The position numbers and the translations under genes were made by a program. A stretch of 63,161 bases of DNA, the filler included, from Saprolegnia diclina VS20 (taxonomy: Eukaryota), in NCBI RefSeq assembly GCF_000281045.1. It is 6 parts of 2 records of this genome, joined end to end, with 100 filler letters (N's around TTAATTAATTAA, not from the genome) between each part and the next. Parts side by side here need not be neighbours in the genome. Positions count along the whole stretch, not along the records: positions 56,241 to 58,261 come from NW_008246076.1; positions 58,362 to 59,684 come from NW_008246076.1; positions 59,785 to 61,626 come from NW_008246076.1; positions 61,727 to 63,161 come from NW_008246076.1; 2 more parts are not named here. One strand, written 5' to 3'. The notes beneath the pieces were generated by a model that was given only the letters and a program-made list of their open reading frames with translations, did not search any database and had not been told where the DNA came from. Below are positions 56,311-63,161 of this stretch, piece after piece; positions within the stretch are counted from its first letter, which is position 1; each line of letters opens with the position of its first letter.

Positions 56311-57375
56311 TCAGTGGCGGAGGTTGTAGCGGTGGTTGCGGCGTCGGACATTCGGTGCGGCAGCAGCTTGCACGGCAGCTTGTGCAGCTGCTTGGACAGC
56401 AGCAGCTTGTGCGGCGAGACCGTTGACGGGGGTTGCTTCTTCGTATCCAGTCCGAATCGCTGCGGCGATCGTCGTTGCCAAATGCACGGGGTAGTCGGGG
56501 AGCAAGCCCTGAATGATATGGCCGTGTCCATCTGAGGTGCGGTACAGATCGTCACCGAGCAGCGTAATGGCAGGTCCATGGTTCCACGGCTGGCCCAAGT
56601 TGAAAAGCGGCAGCTCGGCAGCCATCGCAGCGACCTCGTCGCGCACAACCACACCCACGGGAAGGCGCACGTTCCCGTGTAGAGCATGGTTGCCGCAGCT
56701 CATGGCGTCCGTGATCGCAATGTTGTTGCCAAGACGACGGTAGAGCACAGCGAGCGCGGGCATCTGCGCCAAGATGGGGTTCATGTTGGGGTCAAGCGTC
56801 GCCGCGTTCCGCAGCGGGTAGAGGACGAGGACAAGGACCGTCTGGAGCACTGGAAACTCGTCGAAGAGCGCGCGTGTGTGCGGGTCGTACGTGTTGAACG
56901 ACGTGTTGTGCGTGACGGCGACCTCGATCATGCAGCGGGGCAAATTGCTGCGGGAGTCGCCGCGGATCGCGCGTCTCGGTCTAATCGCGAGGTCGGGTCT
57001 GCGGGCGTGGCCGGCATGGTAGTAATCCACGTCTGTGGTGGACTTTAACGGCGTTCCCATCAAGGCGGCGTCCAAAACGCAGTTCAGACGGAAAATGGCC
57101 TCCTGGTGCACTTCGCCAGGCACCTCGGTGATGAAAATGTCGCCGCGGGTCGTCTGGGTAATGACGTCGCCCTCGTACGTCGCTCGGAAGACGGCGAGGC
57201 CGGACAAACGACCGTCCAGCCAGCGACGGAGGAGCACGTCTTCGGCGATGAGGAGGTCACCGTCTTCGCCGTTGGCCTTGCGCCGCATGAACTCGTGGAT
57301 GGCAGCCATGACGCCGGCCTCCGTGACGCGTCGGTGCATCACGGCGAACGTCGCTGGGGCCGCTGGGGTAGCCAT
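56311..57375 (-). CDS. PD-(D/E)XK restriction-endonuclease-like protein (Uma2/Crinkler-REase-like)
   Basis: FITEVPGEVHQ...RRPDLAIRP...PRCMIEVAVTH...VLVLVLYP fits the Uma2-type P..H / PD / ExA motif arrangement. Confidence 0.7.
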   Translation of the reverse strand: MATPAAPATFAVMHRRVTEAGVMAAIHEFMRRKANGEDGDLLIAEDVLLRRWLDGRLSGLAVFRATYEGDVITQTTRGDIFITEVPGEVHQEAIFRLNCVLDAALMGTPLKSTTDVDYYHAGHARRPDLAIRPRRAIRGDSRSNLPRCMIEVAVTHNTSFNTYDPHTRALFDEFPVLQTVLVLVLYPLRNAATLDPNMNPILAQMPALAVLYRRLGNNIAITDAMSCGNHALHGNVRLPVGVVVRDEVAAMAAELPLFNLGQPWNHGPAITLLGDDLYRTSDGHGHIIQGLLPDYPVHLATTIAAAIRTGYEEATPVNGLAAQAAAVQAAAQAAVQAAAAPNVRRRNHRYNLRH

Positions 57376-57702
57376 GCGTACAAAAAGAAGCAGACTCGCC
57401 ACCAAAGAGCATGGTCGAGAAGACGACGTGGGACGCGACGGACTCGGGACGGGGCGCAATGCGAAATGACCACCAGCGCTTGCAACTCTGTTGTCTGGCT
57501 TCTAGTATGCGCTACAAACCCATAGCTTTTGTAAATCGAACGAGGGTTTGCTGCTTCAAGCGCGTGTCGACGGCCGCGCCGTGGTGAGGTGTCCACTGCG
57601 GACGCGAGTATCGCATATCATACAAACGCCAAGTCGACGAATTCTCTGGTTTGAATCAGGGGTAGGGGTCGCAATGTCGCGAGTGGTCGAACGATCCACC
57701 GA

Positions 57703-58261
57703 CTGCACTGCAACCCAGTGGCCGCAAGAGCCGCCTCATCGGATCTCGTGTATGTCGATCTGATTCTCCTGACATTGATGGCTCTCTGGTCAGTGGCTGC
57801 TGAGCTTATTTGGTGTCGGATAAAGCTACTCCAGGTCACACGACGTGAGAATATGATGCCGGCTCGTCGACGCGATGGGAACTGCCGCCGGCGTCAAAAG
57901 CTCAGTTGCCGTTGACAGGATGCGGTCCAACTGCTGCAGGGCCGGCAGCAGAAGAGAGATCACGCGCCCAAGACGCATGTGCCAGTAGTACGACCCAGCC
58001 AGCGAGCAACTCGAGCTAGCCAAGATTGATCAATTGGGCCGCATCCTCTCAACGGCAACTGAGCTTTTGACGCCGGCGGCAGTTCCCATCGCGTCGACGA
58101 GCCGGCATCATATTCTCACGTCGTGTGACCTGGAGTAGCTTTATCCGACACCAAATAAGCTCAGCAGCCACTGACCAGAGAGCCATCAATGTCAGGAGAA
58201 TCAGATCGACATACACGAGATCCGATGAGGCGGCTCTTGCGGCCACTGGGTTGCAGTGCAG
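57703..58261. repeat. Fold-back inverted repeat: 213-bp perfect arms, ~18-bp imperfect inner stem, ~97-nt loop
   Basis: 57703-57915 is the exact reverse complement of 58049-58261; the right arm runs into the linker. Confidence 0.95.
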
Positions 58262-58361
58262 NNNNNNNNNNNNNNNNNNNNNNNNNNNNNNNNNNNNNNN
58301 NNNNNTTAATTAATTAANNNNNNNNNNNNNNNNNNNNNNNNNNNNNNNNNNNNNNNNNNNN
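58262..58361. other. Artificial contig linker
   Basis: N-TTAATTAATTAA-N, 100 nt. Confidence 0.97.
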
Positions 58362-59684
58362 GCGTCTTGCACCGACTGCATCGCATTTTGTCCAAAGACC
58401 CAGTCGTCCTCGATGTACAAGATAAAGCGCGTGCTTACGACGGAGAGCAGCGTGTTCATCGACACAGCGTGGCCCTTGACGCGCGTGTAGAGAAACCGAA
58501 CGGTTGGAAACGTCGTCGTCATGACGCGCCGGTCGTCATCGCTCGAGTGGTCGTCGATGACGAGCGTCGCGCACACCATCGACGACGCACGTAGCTCGGT
58601 CAATGACGCCATAGTACGCAGAAAGAGCGAGAGGCGCTTGCAGCTTGTGAGAACGAGCGTCACGCAGTTGTCGTGGATGGGCGCCGGCACGTAGTTGGTC
58701 TCGGGGAACCGGTCTCGGATGGCCCGCCACTGCAACGTCGTGTCGAGCTGGCCCCCGACGACTCGCCACTCGTTCAGAATGCTGTCTATCACGTCTCGTG
58801 AGCTTGGGACGCGGTGTCGCCAGAGGGCGTAATGAGCAGCGAGCCAAATGTCATCGCCGAGGCGAATGTCGACTACGATTTCGTCGGGGTCGAGTCCCTA
58901 CGCGCATCCATGTAGGTTGAGACAGTTAGTTAGTTGACGTACTGGAGAGGGTACGACCAACGTAGCGACAATGGGTCGGTCGAGCCGCGAGACGCCCTTG
59001 TACAGCACTGTCTCGATGAACGCAACGTAGAGCGGCTCGAGTTCGTGCACTTGGCCAAATTTGGCGGCGATGTCCATGGTGCGGTGGCGCTCGGACGCGC
59101 GCACTTGAAACGCAAATGTCTCGCCGAGTACTTGGAGGTAGAGGTAGATGCCAAAGACGACTGGGTCGGACTGCTGCTGCTGGTTGTTGGGAGTCGGCGG
59201 CGGCGTGGCCACGATCGTCTGCAGCATCTTGGACCACTCGTCCACGACACTCGACTGATTGAACAAGACGTCGTGCCGGTCCAGTATGCGCTGCGAGAGC
59301 AGACGACGGTACGTGGCGTTGCGTCCGACAGCCAGCGCCTTGGCAACTATGCATCCCACATCTGTAGTTAGTCGAAAAACAACGAAAACGACGTACCATA
59401 GTCGTCGTCCGAGTATGCAATGAGCTCGGGCATGTCCATCAAAGTGTACATGGCGGCGCTGAGCTGCAAAATGGTCGTCCGCGGCTCGTGGACAATGACG
59501 GGCGTCCCGACCGCCAGGATCTCCAAGGTCGTGCGGCCACCGCCGACCGGAAACGTGTCCAGCACCACTACAGATAGTACCGACGAGTTGATACATTGAT
59601 AGACAATATTGTACCATCGGCCGCCGCACAGACGTGCAAAAACTGCTGGCGGGGCATGTTGTGGAGGTAGTAAACGCGCGCCAA
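58362..59684 (-). CDS. Glycosyltransferase fragment: GT41 (O-GlcNAc transferase/HMW1C-like) C-lobe followed by GT2-like domain; both ends truncated
   Basis: VLDTFPVGGGRTTLEILAVGTPVI...PELIA.S.DDY..KA (GT41-type); VTLVLTSCKRL...LVIDDHSS...KGHAVSMN...FILYIEDDWVF (GT-A/GT2-like). Confidence 0.75.
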
Positions 59685-59784
59685 NNNNNNNNNNNNNNNN
59701 NNNNNNNNNNNNNNNNNNNNNNNNNNNNTTAATTAATTAANNNNNNNNNNNNNNNNNNNNNNNNNNNNNNNNNNNNNNNNNNNN
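59685..59784. other. Artificial contig linker
   Basis: N-TTAATTAATTAA-N, 100 nt. Confidence 0.97.
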
Positions 59785-60402
59785 TTGACAACGCTGGTGC
59801 CGACCGTCGACATTGCCCTTGTGTGGCACGCCCACCAGACGACCGAACGGGCGTACCGCAACTACTGTCGTCTCCTCACCAAGCCCAAGTGCATCCTTGA
59901 CGACGACGACGCGACGCTTGGCGGTGATGTCGCCAAGCGCTACGCCGACACCTACGTGCTGTGGTCTCAGACTTTCCGCACGCCGTACTCGAGCTGCCCA
60001 CCGAGCTGGGACGCGTGGATCGGGCCCAAGGGCGACGTCGCCCGCCTCGTTTTACGCAAGAAATGGACGAAATACGGAGTGCTACCCGCCAAAGACAACC
60101 GATTCTTTGGTGTCGACGAGTCATTTCCTGTCGACGCGCTGCCGTATGCACGTGGCGTCGCTCAAGCCAACGCGACTGCGTCTGCTCCCATTCCAGTCTA
60201 CGTCACGGTGATTGGGACCCCGGTGTTTGACGCCCGCGTTCGCATGCCGTTGTCGCACCAGACGCTACTCATGTTTGACGGCGGACTTCCGTTCTACCAC
60301 CTGCCCCACGCTGGTGCAAATATCGGCTATGGCTACTTGGGTCCGCTCCATGGCGGTCGTGCTGTACATGATGCTGGTGCCGCCCTATTTGCGTACTTGT
60401 AG
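59785..60402 (+). CDS. Glycine-rich-domain protein (GRDP/DUF1399-like), 3' fragment
   Basis: LVPTVDIALVWHAHQ....Y..YC...DDDD...TYVLW...F..PY pattern. Confidence 0.75.
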   Translation: MTTLVPTVDIALVWHAHQTTERAYRNYCRLLTKPKCILDDDDATLGGDVAKRYADTYVLWSQTFRTPYSSCPPSWDAWIGPKGDVARLVLRKKWTKYGVLPAKDNRFFGVDESFPVDALPYARGVAQANATASAPIPVYVTVIGTPVFDARVRMPLSHQTLLMFDGGLPFYHLPHAGANIGYGYLGPLHGGRAVHDAGAALFAYL

Positions 60403-61160
60403 CTATAACAACTACCGACATTATTGTGCGTTATGCTATACACAAAGGTTGCTCCATGCAAAATCAGACCCTTTTCAACTACGCTTTTATGCCAATCGAG
60501 GCTGTTTAGGGCTATAGCCGATACTAACCCATTGTTCGCGGATGTCTTGAAGTCGTCGATGCAACGTCAACGCAAGTGTCGTGATCTTTTCACATGCAGG
60601 AGACTATGAAGATAACGCGAAACACGTTCATATGTGCAGGAGGAGGGTATCTCTGACGATTGTACGCAGAGCGTATTGTGAGCGCCTCAACGAGCACAGG
60701 ATACCACTCGAGACTGTCAGATCCAGCTAAAGCCTATATAAATATAGACGTTGGCTCAACGACGTGCGAGTTGCAGAGCGCTATCGCAATGGTAAAATAA
60801 TGCTCATCCTAATCCAAAAACCAGAGAGCTGTCGTCGAGGGAGAGAGAAGCCAAATGGGTTTTATAGTAAAAACCAATTTAACGCACGCACCCGTCCAGC
60901 GCAACGCCATCAATATATCAAGTATACGAGTACAGCCGACTCGAGTACGGCTCAAGAATGTCTACCACTGGCATTCGAATGTACGAACTTGCATTGCGCA
61001 CGAGCGATTTCAAAGGTATTCACATCGTGCTGAATACGTTATTGTTGATAAAAACCTATTTAACGCATCGCGCATCGACCTGATAATCCGGATACGGCAC
61101 AGAAAGGCCAGCGCGTGCAACCTTCTCGTCCGCCGCAAAGGCAAAGTGCAAGCGTCCAGC

Positions 61161-61626
61161 ATGCGCCTCCTCCTCCTGCTTGTAGCTCTGGCAGTTGTCG
61201 ATGCAGCGACCAGCCCCATCAAGATCAACGGCTGGTACGCCTGCAGCGCCCGGACGTTCGCGACGCGGGCGCCGGCCAACGTGGCGCCTTCAACCGGCTT
61301 CAAGACGACAGCCTTCTCGGGGGCAGAGCCCGACGTCCTCGCCACGCTGCTTCGGCCTCTTGATGCGTCATCAGTTGCAGACTTGGCGATGGCCACTACA
61401 CAAGCGACCTCGAGCGTGCCTGTCGAGTGCGCCGAGTTTACTCTTCCGCTCTGCTACGAGAGCCTTTGCAATACCGCCGGCTCGATTCCCGTCTTTGTCA
61501 AGCGCATGCGCGCGACGAAGCGAACGTCGTCCACCAAGGCGCTCTGGTTTCTCCAAGGCGGCCCTGGCGCGTCCTCTGTCGCGAGTACGACTCTTTGTTT
61601 AGTCGTCCTATCTTTGTGTGGTGACT
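61161..61626 (+). CDS. Secreted alpha/beta-hydrolase (peptidase S33-like), 5' fragment
   Basis: Signal peptide, NGWYACS, ECAEFTLPLCY, IPVFVKR, LWFLQGGPGASS; runs into an intron and the linker. Confidence 0.85.
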
Positions 61627-61726
61627 NNNNNNNNNNNNNNNNNNNNNNNNNNNNNNNNNNNNNNNNNNNNTTAATTAATTAANNNNNNNNNNNNNNNNNN
61701 NNNNNNNNNNNNNNNNNNNNNNNNNN
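61627..61726. other. Artificial contig linker
   Basis: N-TTAATTAATTAA-N, 100 nt. Confidence 0.97.
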
Positions 61727-61880
61727 TTAGATTGCGAAACCCAACTCGTCGTCCATGCCTCTTACTTTTAACTATGCTCGACAGCGCATACAGGGTTGAT
61801 TCGATATCATTCCACGGTCGATGCAATAGCTATAAAGTGTGGTAAGGTGGGAGTAGCCAAATATCGACACTGGGTCGAAC

Positions 61881-63161
61881 TTAAGCTGGCGTTGGCTCGA
61901 CATAGAGCGTGCTGTGCGCTTGTTGCTGCTTCTTTCGCTGCCGAAGCACGAGCACGAGCAGGACGACGACGAGACCCGCCACAAGCACATAGCCAATGAT
62001 CACTGCGGTCTTGTAGCCCGAGGCAACCGTGTCGCTGGTCGTCGCCGGGCCGTCTCCCGCAGACGTCCCCGGCGCCTGAGTTGACGCCGCTGTAAACTTT
62101 TCGGTGGGCACACCGTCGTAGATATCGTCTGTCGCCAAATAGGACTTGGCCAGGGATGGCTTGATCGCAAAGCTCATGGGGGCAACGGTCGCGAGGCAGC
62201 TCGTATCGAGCGCCGTCACGTCACCGTCAACCGTCACAAACGACGCGACGAGTTGGGCTGCGCACGGAGCTCCGCCCTAGAGTCCATCATATTGATAGCG
62301 CCTTTGTGATGCAAATGACAGTAACACAATATACCTTTGTCGTTACGGGCGTGTTGACGATGGTGCCGTGGGCCGAGTAGTTGAACTCGACCAGGCGTTT
62401 GGCCGACCCGATAAAGCTGTCGTACTGGTTGCGAGCGCCTCTCGCAGCGGTCTGCGGATCCAGGAGCCCACTCATCAGCAGGACGCTGGTACCCTTGGGA
62501 ATCGTGATCGGCACGTCGTAGTAGGTATCGCGCAAGTACTGCCACTTGTAGCTGTTGCTCGGCGCGCGTTCTTGAGCACAATTGGGGTCACTGCCGCCGC
62601 TGGCAATGCAGTAGGTGGTCACCAAGCTCGCCACGTTGCTGCCGATGAGTGTGTTCATGAACGTCTTCTTGAGCGTGTCGTAGGATTCCGTGGGCGTCCG
62701 CCAGAGCTCAGAGCTCACGATGAGCTTGTACAGCATGGTGGACCGGTAACTGTCAGATGGACTCGGCGTGTTGTCACTATGACAGATCAGTGCGTGACGT
62801 TACGTGGTGACGTGATCACAACATACTCGATATCGATTTGAATCGCAAAGTTGGTGATCGCCGTGACATCGTCTTTGCTGCAGCGCGTAAAGCGGTACAC
62901 AAGCGCCTACACTCGCGTTATTCAGCCCAGTGCTCCAAAATAGAATGAATGGGACCGGGATCATAGAGCGAAGGGTCTGGTCCTGAAGCAGCTCGGAAAA
63001 GAGCGAACGCAGCGTGGCCGAAGGTGGCGACGACGACGACTCGAGCAGCTTGGCGCACGCTGAGCCTTTCGGATCGCTGTCGAGCGCTTTATACAGCTTG
63101 GTCAACGCCGTTTTGAGATCTAAGATATCCAAGATCACATATATAACACCTTGCAGATTGC
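61881..63161 (-). CDS. Peptidase S33-like alpha/beta-hydrolase, 3' part with C-terminal TM helix (continues beyond window)
   Basis: LYKLIVSSELW, VLLMSGLLDPQT (catalytic Asp), YSAHGTI (catalytic His), LDTSCL, DIYDG, TM AVIIGYVLVAGLVVVLLVLVL. Confidence 0.85.

Noticed and set aside
57718..58246. Two identical 65-aa ORFs as duplicated genes
   Set aside because: They simply mirror the inverted repeat, begin at non-ATG codons and show no recognisable protein features.
26644..61682. Five copies of TTAATTAATTAA as a biological repeat or CRISPR-like element
   Set aside because: Each sits at the centre of a 100-nt N block; this is a six-frame-stop scaffolding linker.

Overview
Eukaryotic, GC-rich, gene-dense DNA with short (~45-60 nt) GT-AG introns. 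Gene content (elicitin-like, Kazal, S33 peptidases, TKL/LRR kinases, secreted tyrosinases) and an Inr/FPR-type promoter point to an oomycete, probably a Saprolegniales water mould (inference). About 30 genes or gene fragments are visible. They include a meiotic HORMA protein (Hop1-like), a TBC1D19-like RabGAP, SAM synthetase, a GSTCD-like methyltransferase, an IQ-motif protein, and opposite-strand paralog pairs of tyrosinases, ZIP transporters, aromatic-amino-acid decarboxylases and possibly S33 peptidases. The window is a draft scaffold with one 955-nt N gap and five artificial 100-nt N/TTAATTAATTAA linkers, so adjacency across those points is unverified. The most notable observations are: (1) an IlvH-like (ACT + ALS_ss_C) module fused to a zeta-toxin-like P-loop kinase, with an apparent mitochondrial presequence; (2) a speculative aromatic-amine/catechol neighbourhood (2 tyrosinases, 2 AADCs, SAM synthetase, methyltransferase, 2 metal transporters); (3) tyrosinases lacking one CuB histidine; (4) two genes sharing intron positions and an XRCC4/SAS-6/CCDC61-like head, one with a C1q/TNF-like tail; (5) a 213-bp perfect fold-back repeat beside a PD-(D/E)XK nuclease-like gene; (6) a GT41-GT2 glycosyltransferase fusion. 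All domain calls are by-eye motif recognition; no searches were run.
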